A stretch of 32,000 bases of DNA from Candidatus Saccharimonadota bacterium (GCA_023898645.1 CP060232.1:90001-122000); one strand, 5' to 3'; numbered from the stretch's first letter, positions 22,609 to 31,535 are shown. The notes: generated by a model not told the origin, from the letters alone. Numbers and translations: made by a program.

Positions 22609-23049
22609 ATGATTTTCTACGATCACGTAGATGAAATGGAGCTTTTCAACGATGCCATGGAAGCAAGTGGCATGGCATGGTGGCTGTTTGAACACCCGAC
22701 TGGATTAATTTTCTTCCACCCCAACAAGCTTAAGATGCTTGGTTACGACGCCAAGGATGCTGAGAAATTCGTACACATAAGTAAGTTTGTCGATTTGATG
22801 CACCCAGATGACATCGAATCTACAACGGGCGCCCTCGGTGCTTATTTAGAAGGCAAGACTGACGATTATCAGGCTGATTATCGTATGAAGACCAAGAACG
22901 GTGAGTACAAGCGCTTTTACGACCGTGGCAAGATTGTCGGCAAGAGACCAGACGGTCAGATCGCAGTCGCTGGGTTCGCTATGGATCTGACGCAGTCGAA
23001 ATTAATGCCACGCCCAGCGCAGACTACCGAGCTGTCGAATAAATCGTAG
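22609..23049 (+). CDS. Stand-alone PAS domain protein
   Basis: 'GMAWWLFEHPTGLIFFHPNKLKMLGYD', 'MHPDD', 'YRMKTKNGEYKRFYDRGKIV' match the PAS_3-type pattern. A strong purine-rich SD (AAGAGGAGAGGAAA) lies upstream. Confidence 0.85.
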   Translation: MIFYDHVDEMELFNDAMEASGMAWWLFEHPTGLIFFHPNKLKMLGYDAKDAEKFVHISKFVDLMHPDDIESTTGALGAYLEGKTDDYQADYRMKTKNGEYKRFYDRGKIVGKRPDGQIAVAGFAMDLTQSKLMPRPAQTTELSNKS

Positions 23050-23123
23050 GTCCGGGTGACCTAAAATCTCTTAGCGCTTTATTTTGAAGTACTGTATTTG
23101 GTATATGAGAAGTGCTTTCGCCT

Positions 23124-23132
23124 TGCTACAAT
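23124..23132 (+). promoter_or_regulatory. Extended -10 element TGCTACAAT 8 nt upstream of the MMPL ATG (possible leaderless or near-leaderless mRNA)
   Basis: Sequence is ccTTGCTACAATgtatgtagATG. There is no SD in the 8 nt between the -10 and the start codon. Confidence 0.35.
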
Positions 23133-23140
23133 GTATGTAG

Positions 23141-25453
23141 ATGCCAAAACACAAAAAATTTCCACGATGGGCGTATACTTTGCTCTCCGCAATTATCGTT
23201 GTTGGTTGGGTAGCATTTGCTGGCATCAGTGGGCCTTATTTTGGAAAAATTAGCGATGTTTCCAGTACTGACCTGTCGACGTTTCTACCGAATAGTGCCG
23301 AAGCAACAAAGGTCAACGATCAACTAACAAAATTTAGCGATAAAAAAGCAATTCCAGTTATCGTCGTTTATACACACGACGACAAAAAGCTGACTAGTGA
23401 TGATTTGTCACGAATCTCCAGCGTTGATGAAAGCCTAGCCCAAGTAAAGGGAGTTACTGGCACAGTCTCTCAACCCATACAGTCAGACGACAAAAAAGCA
23501 GCCTTTGTCAGCGTGCCGCTTGCGAGCGACGCTGATTTCAACAGCGCCTTTCCGGCAATCAAACAAAAACTTGCAGATTCAAATCTGAAATTTTCATATG
23601 TACTTACAGGTCCGGCATCGCTTGCCCATGATTTACAGACAGCTTTTTCAGGTATCGACAGTACGCTACTGCTCGTTGCGCTTGGCGTCGTGTTCTTCAT
23701 TTTGTTGATTGTGTATCGATCGCCATTTTTGCCAATCATCGTTTTATTTACTGCAATGTCGGCTCTTTCGGTAGCCGTATTTTCGGTGTATCATTTGGCC
23801 GACGCAGGCGTTGTGCAGCTAAACGGGCAGGTACAGGGTATACTATTCATCCTTGTCATTGGAGCAGCGACCGACTACTCGCTACTGTACATTTCACGGT
23901 ATCGCGAAGAGCTTACCTTGCATCGTAAGACATGGGACGCCATGTGGGCAGCATTGAAATCCGCTTACGAACCGATTATTGCAGCCGGCGGTACGGTGAC
24001 TGCCGGACTGCTTTGCTTGCTGCTGTCTGATTTAAAGTCAAACCAGGCGCTTGGACCGGTCGGCAGCATTGGCGTCGCGTTTTCTGTAGTGGCAACTCTG
24101 ACGCTACTGCCGGCCTTGTTGTTGCTAGCGGGTAGGACTGCTTTTTGGCCACGACGCCCGAAATTCGTTGAGAAACAAGGCCGCGATGGCTACCTTCGGA
24201 ATCATCCGGCATGGGCGCGGGTTGGTGCACTGGTGAGGCGTCATCCACGCAGGGTGTGGGCGGCGTGTATAGTTGTCTTGCTTGTAGCTGTTGCGGGTGT
24301 TCCACAGCTAAAGGCTGATGGTGTCTCGCAGAGCGACATTGTTCTTGGTAAATCTGAAGCACGTGACGGGCAGGCGATTCTCGACGCGCATTTCCCGAGT
24401 GGATCAGGGTCACCAGCCTATGTGGTGGCAAGTCAGGACAAGCTCGATTCTGTCGTAAAGGTGCTTGATGCTGATAAGGGTGTCGCTTCCGTTTACGCGG
24501 TGGCAAATGGTGTTGAATCAGGCTCTATGCCTTTGGGTGGCGCTGCCGACACTGTGCTTAACAAGGTCAAGGAGCAGGTGAAACTTCAGCGTTATGATCA
24601 GATTTCGGCTATGCACAAACAGTTCGCCGTTCAGATGGCAGGAGTGCCGCAAGCCCAGATGGACGCTGCCTATATAGCTGCCGCTGCAAAACTACCGAGC
24701 GTTGATACGATTGCCAAGCAGGCGTATCCTTTTAAAAATGCTACTGTGAAAACCGTAGACGGTGAAGTACTTCTACAAGTTACATTATCTGACCCTGGAG
24801 CGTCACTCGCGGCTCGCGATTCGATTGTGCGACTACGCGACAGTGTCAAAAAGGTAGATGCTGGTGCCATCATAGGAGGTACGAGCGCATCACAGTATGA
24901 TACAAATCAGGCTGCACTTCGTGACATACGGGTAGTTATGCCAGCAATATTGATTGCAATTACATTAATACTAATGCTGCTTTTGCGCGCAATTGTCGCT
25001 CCACTTTTGCTCCTTCTGACAACCGTTTTGTCGTTTGGCGCGACTATGGGTATTGCTGCACTTGTCTTTAATAATTTGTGGAAATTCCCAGGAGCCGACC
25101 CGGCCGTGATTATCTTTGGCTTCGTGTTCTTGGTAGCGCTCGGCATTGATTACAATATATTCCTGATGACACGTGTCCGTGAAGAGACGATAAAGCACGG
25201 CGTGACAGAGGGAACTATAAAGGGGCTAGTTGTGACGGGCGGTGTGATTACTAGCGCCGGTATCGTCTTGGCTGCGACATTCGCATCGCTGAGTGTAATC
25301 CCCATTTTGTTCCTAGCTGAAATCGCATTTATCGTCACCTTTGGTGTGCTACTCGATACCATCATCGTGAGGTCATTGCTCGTACCTGCGTTGACACTCG
25401 AAATCGGTCGGCTTATGTGGTGGCCGTCTAAGTTGTGGCGAAAAAGCAAGTAA
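23141..25453 (+). CDS. MMPL-family (RND superfamily) membrane transporter
   Basis: 770 aa, with two 6-TM bundles each preceded by a large extracytoplasmic domain. 'GAATDYSLLYISRYREEL' and 'LGIDYNIFLMTRVREE' are MMPL hallmarks. Confidence 0.9.
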   Translation: MPKHKKFPRWAYTLLSAIIVVGWVAFAGISGPYFGKISDVSSTDLSTFLPNSAEATKVNDQLTKFSDKKAIPVIVVYTHDDKKLTSDDLSRISSVDESLAQVKGVTGTVSQPIQSDDKKAAFVSVPLASDADFNSAFPAIKQKLADSNLKFSYVLTGPASLAHDLQTAFSGIDSTLLLVALGVVFFILLIVYRSPFLPIIVLFTAMSALSVAVFSVYHLADAGVVQLNGQVQGILFILVIGAATDYSLLYISRYREELTLHRKTWDAMWAALKSAYEPIIAAGGTVTAGLLCLLLSDLKSNQALGPVGSIGVAFSVVATLTLLPALLLLAGRTAFWPRRPKFVEKQGRDGYLRNHPAWARVGALVRRHPRRVWAACIVVLLVAVAGVPQLKADGVSQSDIVLGKSEARDGQAILDAHFPSGSGSPAYVVASQDKLDSVVKVLDADKGVASVYAVANGVESGSMPLGGAADTVLNKVKEQVKLQRYDQISAMHKQFAVQMAGVPQAQMDAAYIAAAAKLPSVDTIAKQAYPFKNATVKTVDGEVLLQVTLSDPGASLAARDSIVRLRDSVKKVDAGAIIGGTSASQYDTNQAALRDIRVVMPAILIAITLILMLLLRAIVAPLLLLLTTVLSFGATMGIAALVFNNLWKFPGADPAVIIFGFVFLVALGIDYNIFLMTRVREETIKHGVTEGTIKGLVVTGGVITSAGIVLAATFASLSVIPILFLAEIAFIVTFGVLLDTIIVRSLLVPALTLEIGRLMWWPSKLWRKSK

Positions 25454-25481
25454 TAATTCTTTACGCTGCGAATACTTTTGA

Positions 25482-26207
25482 TTACGCGTAGCGCGTGATA
25501 ACGAACATGAGGAGGGTGCCAAGTACTGTTAGTAGCAAAGTCACTTTTGACGATTTATGCTCGTGTGCTTGTGGCAAGATGTCACTCGCACCGATGTAGA
25601 GTAGAAAGCCGGCAAAGAAGCCGAGATAGAGAACTAATCCAGAGTCTGACAATGTGAATAGAAATGTCGATGCAACACCGAGGACGGGTGCGAGTGCATC
25701 GACGAGCAAAAACTTTAATGTTCGTCGGATTGAATTCTTGTGATTGAGCATGAGGCTGACGGTGTTGAGCCCATCGGCAAAATCGTGACCAATGACGGCA
25801 ATCGCGACGGCAATACCAACGGTTGGACTTACCTGAAAGCCCAGGCCTATGCCGACTCCGTCAAGGAAGCTGTGACCACTGAGTGCCAAGGCTGACAGGA
25901 TGCCGACTGATGGATGGCGGTGCTGACCATACTCGTTTTCATGCGCGTGGTGTATGAGAAGGTATTTTTCGCTGATATGAAATAGCAAAAAACCGACCGT
26001 GAGTGCAATCATGGCTGGTGTCGGGTCGAGGTTTTGTTCATGGATAATGTTAAAAAGCTCCGGCAAAATGTCGAAGGCAATGACGCCTAATATGATGCCG
26101 GCAGTGAAGCCGAGTAGCTTGGGGATGTGTTTTTTATGTCGGATACCGACAATGCCACCGGCAAAGGTTGAAAGAAATGTTGCGATACTGAGAAGTATTG
26201 GAGTCAT
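25482..26207 (-). CDS. zupT: ZIP-family divalent metal (zinc) transporter, ZupT-like
   Basis: Multi-TM protein with a His-rich loop 'HHAHENEYGQHRH', plus 'SGHSFLDGVGIG' and 'IGHDFADGL'. Start taken at ATG 26207 (MTPILLSIATFLSTFAGG). The longer ORF reaching 26285 would run through the shared operator and the zur start. Confidence 0.85.
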   Translation of the reverse strand: MTPILLSIATFLSTFAGGIVGIRHKKHIPKLLGFTAGIILGVIAFDILPELFNIIHEQNLDPTPAMIALTVGFLLFHISEKYLLIHHAHENEYGQHRHPSVGILSALALSGHSFLDGVGIGLGFQVSPTVGIAVAIAVIGHDFADGLNTVSLMLNHKNSIRRTLKFLLVDALAPVLGVASTFLFTLSDSGLVLYLGFFAGFLLYIGASDILPQAHEHKSSKVTLLLTVLGTLLMFVITRYA

Positions 26208-26233
26208 TGGATAATCATAGACATAGGCACTAT

Positions 26234-26274
26234 ATATTGCAAATATGTCGCAATTTGTGGTAAATTTGCAATAT
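26234..26274. promoter_or_regulatory. 11-bp perfect inverted repeat ATATTGCAAAT-N19-ATTTGCAATAT in the zupT/zur divergent region (candidate Zur/Fur operator)
   Basis: Read directly: arms at 26234-26244 and 26264-26274. The left arm contains the -35-like TTGCAA of a minus-strand promoter (TTGCAA-N17-TATGAT, then 6 nt to the zupT ATG). The right arm overlaps the zur start codon. Confidence 0.5.
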
Positions 26275-26686
26275 GAATGAGACACTTTCTAGATTGAGCG
26301 ACATATTAAAGAAAGATGGCTATAGCCTGACGAAACCGCGACGAGCGGTCTTTCAATTCTTATTAGGTAAAGAGCCCGTTACGATGAGTGACATTACTAA
26401 GGTACTGATGCCGACGGTTGATCGTGCTAGTGTGTATCGAACTGTCGCATTGTTTCAAGAGCTGGGTATTATACAGCGTCATAACGTAGGTTGGAAATAT
26501 ACGATTGAGCTAAGTGATACCTTTTCTGAACATCATCACCACATAACATGCATTCGTTGTGGAAAGGTGACGTCAATTAACGAAAAGGCATTGGAACGAT
26601 CAGTAGAAGATCTGGCTCGTCAGTATGGCTACCGGGCAACGGGGCACCAAATCGAGCTTCAGGGTTACTGTGCGGCGTGCGCATGA
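26273..26686 (+). CDS. zur: Fur-family metalloregulator, probably Zur
   Basis: Winged-helix 'TKPRRAVFQFLLGKEPVTMSDI...RASVYRTVALFQELGII', 'HHHHITCIRCGKV' and a C-terminal 'CAAC' (CxxC...CxxC zinc site). It is divergent from a ZIP transporter. Confidence 0.85.
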   Translation: MNETLSRLSDILKKDGYSLTKPRRAVFQFLLGKEPVTMSDITKVLMPTVDRASVYRTVALFQELGIIQRHNVGWKYTIELSDTFSEHHHHITCIRCGKVTSINEKALERSVEDLARQYGYRATGHQIELQGYCAACA

Positions 26687-26687
26687 A

Positions 26688-27503
26688 TTAATTTTTTTTG
26701 TCGGTTTGTTTGTGTTGACGATTTCTGATGGTGGTCACGATTTTGCCGACGAGCGCAGCTATTAGCATAATGGCACCTGCCCACGTGACGAACACGAAGT
26801 ATTGTCCGAGGGCAGACCCAATGTCGTGAGTGAGTATTGGTGGCAGTGAACTAAAGCTGCCTTTGCCGTCATGAGGTGGGTTGAGAAGAAGCAGCGAAAA
26901 CACAGTACCTGGCAAGCTAATGAAAAAGAGAAGTAGCCCGAGGTTCGACAAGCGCCCCCAACCCGCACTGAAATATGCGACGGCCGCTGCGAACAGTACA
27001 GACAGTATGTAAAAGATAGTTAACGGTAACTGAAGTGCGAGGTGTGTACTCGAAGTGAAAAGTCGTAGAAGTGAGGCCTGATTAATGAATTGCTCCCTTT
27101 GCTTTTCGGTCTTTGTAAATTGGTCGGCCGCACCTTCGACTCCTTTGTCATAAATGATTTTTGTTAAGGGCAAAAATACTTTGAGTGATATTTCGTTTGG
27201 CGTCAGTTTCAGGTCGGCCTTCGTTATGACGACACTTTGCATATACGGAATAGGGTGAATGGCTCCGCCGGCTTGGTCGATCTTCTTTTCGGCCTCCTTT
27301 ATGTCGATGGAGCCGTCGCGAATGAAATTCATGCCGATGACACTGGCGACGATTTCCGGCGCACGGTCCTTGCTGGTTAGTACAGACGCCACCGACAGTA
27401 AGAGGCATGCGATGAGCGATAGCGAAAAGAGGATTCCAAAGATCCATTTTGCGTCGACATGCCAATAAGGTCGGACAGTTGGAAATAGTTTCACGTATGC
27501 CAT
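26688..27503 (-). CDS. Integral membrane protein of unknown function
   Basis: About 4 TM helices with a ~130-aa extracytoplasmic loop. Start taken at ATG 27503 (MAYVKLFPTV...). The longer ORF reaching 27635 would overlap the corA promoter and start. Confidence 0.6.
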   Translation of the reverse strand: MAYVKLFPTVRPYWHVDAKWIFGILFSLSLIACLLLSVASVLTSKDRAPEIVASVIGMNFIRDGSIDIKEAEKKIDQAGGAIHPIPYMQSVVITKADLKLTPNEISLKVFLPLTKIIYDKGVEGAADQFTKTEKQREQFINQASLLRLFTSSTHLALQLPLTIFYILSVLFAAAVAYFSAGWGRLSNLGLLLFFISLPGTVFSLLLLNPPHDGKGSFSSLPPILTHDIGSALGQYFVFVTWAGAIMLIAALVGKIVTTIRNRQHKQTDKKN

Positions 27504-27539
27504 TATAAAGCATAAGCGTTCACTGTCTGAAATCATATC

Positions 27540-27548
27540 TGTTACAAT
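27540..27548 (+). promoter_or_regulatory. Extended -10 element TGTTACAAT, candidate corA promoter
   Basis: Sequence is atcTGTTACAATagg, 32 nt upstream of the corA ATG. AAGGAG SD at 27569-27574. A 6-bp inverted repeat, GTTACA (27541-27546) and TGTAAC (27559-27564), spans the -10 and early leader. Confidence 0.35.
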
Positions 27549-27579
27549 AGGGGTGAAATGTAACCAATAAGGAGCGCCT

Positions 27580-28494
27580 ATGCTTTCGTATCTTCGCTCA
27601 ACACAGTACAGGCCGGTAATCAAGCAGCGAGACACGCTGCAGCCCGGTTGTTGGATCCGATCCGAGCGACCTACCGATGACGAACAGAGTCAACTAGTAG
27701 AGCTGGGCATTGATCAGGACTTATTGGCCGATGCGCTCGATCCGCACGAGGTTCCACGTGTTGAACTGGAGGATGGCTGGACGTACTTTCTAACGCGGCT
27801 GCCAGATACCGATGACGATTTTAACGATTTCACGACGCCGATCGTGTTTGCTTTAGGTCCGCAATATATTGTGACTGTCAGTCGTGATAGCTTAGGTCGC
27901 TTGTGGCAGCCGTTTATCGACAACGTCAAGGCTCCGACGACACAAAAAACGAAGTTATTCATGATGATGCTTGAGGCCGTTATCCGGCAATACGAAACGC
28001 GGGTTGCTTCAATCAACCGCCAGATGCGCGCGACTACCAGTGACGTTCGCTCGCTCGGTTCTAAAGACATCATGACGATTACCGAGTATGAACGAAAGCT
28101 TAATGATTACCTTGACGCGCTTCAACCAACAAATTCAGCGCTAGAGAAGATATTGGGCGGTCGTCTGCTACCACTTTACGAAGATGACCGCGACTTGGTC
28201 GAAGACTTGTCGATTGAATTTGAGCAGCTGATTGCTCGTTGCAAAAGTCTTTTGCGTACCATCACGAACGTTCGTGACTCATACCGTGCCGTTATGGACA
28301 CGCGGCTAAACGAAACAATTCGTTTGCTTACTGTTATTACGCTGGCATTTACAGTTCCCATGATGATATCTGGTATATACGGCATGAACGTTTCCATACC
28401 GGGCGAGCATGAACCCTATGCTTTTTGGATAATCATCATCGTTAGCATTGTGCTGTCGGGCTCGCTTGCACTTTATTTCCTTCGCAAAAAATAA
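27580..28494 (+). CDS. corA: CorA-family magnesium/cobalt transporter
   Basis: Two C-terminal TMs with 'YGMNV' (the GMN signature) between them. A long acidic cytoplasmic N-domain. SD AAGGAG lies 5 nt upstream. Confidence 0.9.
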   Translation: MLSYLRSTQYRPVIKQRDTLQPGCWIRSERPTDDEQSQLVELGIDQDLLADALDPHEVPRVELEDGWTYFLTRLPDTDDDFNDFTTPIVFALGPQYIVTVSRDSLGRLWQPFIDNVKAPTTQKTKLFMMMLEAVIRQYETRVASINRQMRATTSDVRSLGSKDIMTITEYERKLNDYLDALQPTNSALEKILGGRLLPLYEDDRDLVEDLSIEFEQLIARCKSLLRTITNVRDSYRAVMDTRLNETIRLLTVITLAFTVPMMISGIYGMNVSIPGEHEPYAFWIIIIVSIVLSGSLALYFLRKK

Positions 28495-28524
28495 GTCTAC
28501 TAATATGCAAGTAGGTTGACACGT

Positions 28525-28553
28525 TTGCAAAAACTTGTCTTAAGTGGTATAAT
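28525..28553 (+). promoter_or_regulatory. Sigma70-type promoter TTGCAA-N17-(TGg)TATAAT
   Basis: -35 at 28525-28530, a 17-nt spacer ending in TGG (extended -10), and -10 TATAAT at 28548-28553. It lies ~27 nt upstream of the kinase start. Confidence 0.5.
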
Positions 28554-28579
28554 TTAGCTTAAGATAGTTTGAGGTAGTT

Positions 28580-31441
28580 TTGGATAGTATGAGTCACCAA
28601 ACAGTCAACAACGTGTTTCTTGATTGCCAACAAGCGGCGGATTATTTGAGTGTCAGTGTTAAAACAATTCGACGATGGGCTCAATCGGGTAAATTAAAGG
28701 GTAAAAAAGTCGGTTCTCGAGGCGACTGGCGTTTTACGCACGACCAACTTGATCAACTGGTGCACGGGCAAGAAGACGATTACGAAATTGTTAAACAGTT
28801 TTTGCATCAGCACGCATCTGACATAGAACGATTGGCTATCGAAAAATATCACACCTACCTCAGCGAAATTAATCTCTCGAGTAATAATATTGGGAAAAAC
28901 AGTCGCTTTCATGTAGAAATAATTAAATCGCTTGCAGACAATTTGAAAAATGAAGCGGAAGGAATGAAGAAGTTTGACAAGTTAGGTAGACGGCTTGCTA
29001 CATCTTCACTAGAAAAGGGATTGACCGTTCAAGAAGTGCACGACGGTATAAGGTTCCTGAAGCGGGCTATGTGGGAAATGGTGGAAAATTCAAAAGAGAA
29101 TAAACACCTGACGCTTGCTGACATCTATTCATTGAAAAAGATTTTTTCTACGTATAAAGATATCCTTACCTCAAAAATATTAATTGCATATCAGGACAAT
29201 TATCAGCAGGCACAAAAGGCACTGGAATATGGTGAAGAAAAATTTGCCAAGATGTTTCATGTTAGTCCTGTGGCTATGACGTTGAGCCGGGCTTCAGACG
29301 GGGAAATTATTGACGTAAATGAATGCTATCTCGAAATGATGGATTGCAAACGATTAGACGTCGTAGGGCACAGTGTTGTCGAGCTGGACGGAGAAAGTGG
29401 TCACATTGCTTCTAAGCGACTGCAACAACTCAAAGCGATCGGGTACGCAAAAAAGCGAACGGAATTTGAAACAGAAATAGTAACAAAAACAGGAATGCGC
29501 AGACGAATTCGAGGCGCGTATATAGCCTTGAAGATTAACGGTGAAAAACACATTATTACGTCTCACTTTGACGTTACGGAGCAATTAAAAGTCGAAGGAC
29601 GAAACCAATATCTTGCGGCGCTGACGACTAACATTGCCGATGCCGTGGTTAGCCTTGATAACAAGCACAACGTAGTCTCGTGGAATAAAGGTGCCGAGAA
29701 GCTTTATGGCTGGAAAAAAGAGGAAGTTATAGGGAAAAAACTTTCAAGCTTATTGCATCAAAGGCCAGTAAGCGGGATTACCCTAAAAGAGCTTCGACAA
29801 GTCGTAGCCGACAAAGGTGTTTGGCGCGGTGAGTCTGTTCATCGTAGGAAGGACGGCTCGTCTGTAGACGTAAACACGTCGGCCGCATCTATAAAAGATG
29901 AAAACGGTAAGATTATTGGTCGAGTTGCAGTGTATCGCGACATTAGTGCTCGCAAGCAGGCCGAGCGTTCGCTGGCAGAACGTGAAACGCGATATCGTCT
30001 GCTGTTTGATTCGATTGCTGCAGGTTTTTGTGTGGTTGAAGTGTTAGAAAACAAACAAGGAAAGGCGTATGATTACCGTTTTCTTGAAGTTAACCCTGCT
30101 TACGAGAAAATGGTCGGAGTTTCTAATATGCAAGGCAAAACTTTACAACAGTTAACCCCAGCTGTATCTGATAAATGGGTAGATGTAGCCGCGGGTGTTG
30201 CAGTGACAGGCAAAGACAGTCACGTTACCAGTTATTCGAGCTCAGTAGATAAATGGTTTGATGTGCACGTAATGAAGGTAGGAACGGGGAATGATAAAAC
30301 GGTAGCTCTTTTGGTTCGGGATGTCACCGAACATAAAAACATCGAGCAAGAGCGAGAAGTATCTATGAAAAAGATTATTAGTACACTTGAATCTATCAGT
30401 GATGCGTTTTTTCAGGTAGACGAAGAAGGCAATATCGTGCTAGTGAACGATGAATTTGTTCGCATGTCACGCATATCTAGGAAAAAGGCCCTTAGTAGTA
30501 ATATAAAAAACGTGTTTTCTAGCGAAAGCTGGTTCCCGAAAAGGTATGAAATGTTTCAAAAGGTTATGGCGACAGGGCGGTCGGTGCACTATGTTGATTA
30601 TTATGAGCGAAGGAAAATATGGGTTGATGTCCGAGCGTACCCTACGGAAGGTGGGGTGTCGTGGTTTATCAAAGATATAACTCAACAAAAAGTTGCTGAA
30701 GAAAAACAAATAATGCTGACAAAGCTGTCTTTGGAGCGCGAAGAGCTGATTAAAATTGGTAGAGTTAAAGACGAATTTATCGGAATCGCCTCGCACCAAT
30801 TGCGTACTCCAGCCACGGCCGTCAAGCAATATATAGGCATGTTGCTTGCTGGTTTTGGCGGCACTTTGAACGACGACCAAAGACAGTATCTGGAGACGGC
30901 ATATGCAAGCAACGAACGCCAGATAAAGCTGATTAACGACTTACTAAAAACGGCACAAATCGATGCGGACACATATTCACTAAGTCGAAGTACACAGCAC
31001 ATTGCACCACTGCTTAAAAGTGCGGTTTTGTCGCACAAGCCTTACCTAGATAATCGACAACAGATTGTTGTCGTGAAGGATCAAAGTGACGGAGCAGAAG
31101 CAGATATCGACCCTATAGAAATAGATCTTGTTTTTGCAAATCTGCTAGAGAATGCCAGTAAATATAGTCCTAAAAAAAGTAAGATTACAGTAGCACTACA
31201 ACGCGAAGCAGACGTTCTTCGTATATCATTCTCAGACGAAGGTATTGGTATTCGCAAAGAAGACCAGGGCAAGATTTTTGACAAATTTACGCGAGTGCAC
31301 AATGAGCATTCCGACGCAGTGAGTGGCACTGGCCTGGGACTTTACTGGGTCAGGCAAATCGTACAAATGCATGGCGGTACGGTGACCGTGTCGTCAAGAT
31401 TACACAAAGGTTCAACCTTTACGGTAACGCTGCCGTTATGA
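28580..31441 (+). CDS. Cytoplasmic sensor histidine kinase with N-terminal excisionase/MerR-type HTH, a helical module, ~4 PAS domains, HisKA and HATPase_c
   Basis: HTH 'LDCQQAADYLSVSVKTIRRWAQSGKLKGKKVG'. PAS cores include 'VVSWNKGAEKLYGWKKEEVIGKKL...HRRKDGSSVDVNTSAASIKDENGKIIG'. H-box 'IASHQLRTPATAV', N-box 'LLENASKYSP', G-boxes 'DEGIGI' and 'GTGLGLYWV'. No TM segment. TTG 28580 lies 5 nt after GAGG; ATG 28589 is an alternative. Confidence 0.92.
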   Translation: MDSMSHQTVNNVFLDCQQAADYLSVSVKTIRRWAQSGKLKGKKVGSRGDWRFTHDQLDQLVHGQEDDYEIVKQFLHQHASDIERLAIEKYHTYLSEINLSSNNIGKNSRFHVEIIKSLADNLKNEAEGMKKFDKLGRRLATSSLEKGLTVQEVHDGIRFLKRAMWEMVENSKENKHLTLADIYSLKKIFSTYKDILTSKILIAYQDNYQQAQKALEYGEEKFAKMFHVSPVAMTLSRASDGEIIDVNECYLEMMDCKRLDVVGHSVVELDGESGHIASKRLQQLKAIGYAKKRTEFETEIVTKTGMRRRIRGAYIALKINGEKHIITSHFDVTEQLKVEGRNQYLAALTTNIADAVVSLDNKHNVVSWNKGAEKLYGWKKEEVIGKKLSSLLHQRPVSGITLKELRQVVADKGVWRGESVHRRKDGSSVDVNTSAASIKDENGKIIGRVAVYRDISARKQAERSLAERETRYRLLFDSIAAGFCVVEVLENKQGKAYDYRFLEVNPAYEKMVGVSNMQGKTLQQLTPAVSDKWVDVAAGVAVTGKDSHVTSYSSSVDKWFDVHVMKVGTGNDKTVALLVRDVTEHKNIEQEREVSMKKIISTLESISDAFFQVDEEGNIVLVNDEFVRMSRISRKKALSSNIKNVFSSESWFPKRYEMFQKVMATGRSVHYVDYYERRKIWVDVRAYPTEGGVSWFIKDITQQKVAEEKQIMLTKLSLEREELIKIGRVKDEFIGIASHQLRTPATAVKQYIGMLLAGFGGTLNDDQRQYLETAYASNERQIKLINDLLKTAQIDADTYSLSRSTQHIAPLLKSAVLSHKPYLDNRQQIVVVKDQSDGAEADIDPIEIDLVFANLLENASKYSPKKSKITVALQREADVLRISFSDEGIGIRKEDQGKIFDKFTRVHNEHSDAVSGTGLGLYWVRQIVQMHGGTVTVSSRLHKGSTFTVTLPL

Positions 31442-31488
31442 ATCTACCCGTATATCGTGAGCGCCTCGAACCGACAGCGCAAGAGAAT

Positions 31489-31517
31489 TTGACCCAATCT
31501 ATAAACTGTTTTATAAT
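31489..31517 (+). promoter_or_regulatory. Sigma70-type promoter TTGACC-N17-TATAAT
   Basis: -35 at 31489-31494, an exact 17-nt spacer, and -10 at 31512-31517. It lies 18 nt upstream of ATG 31536. Confidence 0.55.
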
Positions 31518-31535
31518 AAGTATAAGTAGTAACTA

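Noticed and set aside
23104-23139. Small intergenic ORFs: MRSAFALLQCM* (23104-23139) and MYYHQKLKR* (near 19343)
   Set aside because: Neither has an SD-like sequence at a suitable distance. The first overlaps the MMPL -10 element. Unlike the 20478 mini-ORF, there is no supporting context.
23976-24506. 176-aa minus-strand ORF inside the MMPL gene, and similar antisense ORFs (17975-18376 + opposite the SDR; 19530-19964 and 19576-19986 - opposite the DUF4868-like gene; 30467-31038 - opposite the kinase)
   Set aside because: These are mirror-frame ORFs of confidently identified genes. Their Pro/Arg/Gln-rich compositions are typical of antisense reading, and they have no recognisable motifs.
28516-28553. 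Perfect TTGACA at 28516-28521 as the -35 for the kinase promoter
   Set aside because: It is 26 nt from the TATAAT box, which is too far. TTGCAA at 28525-28530 has the proper 17-nt spacing.
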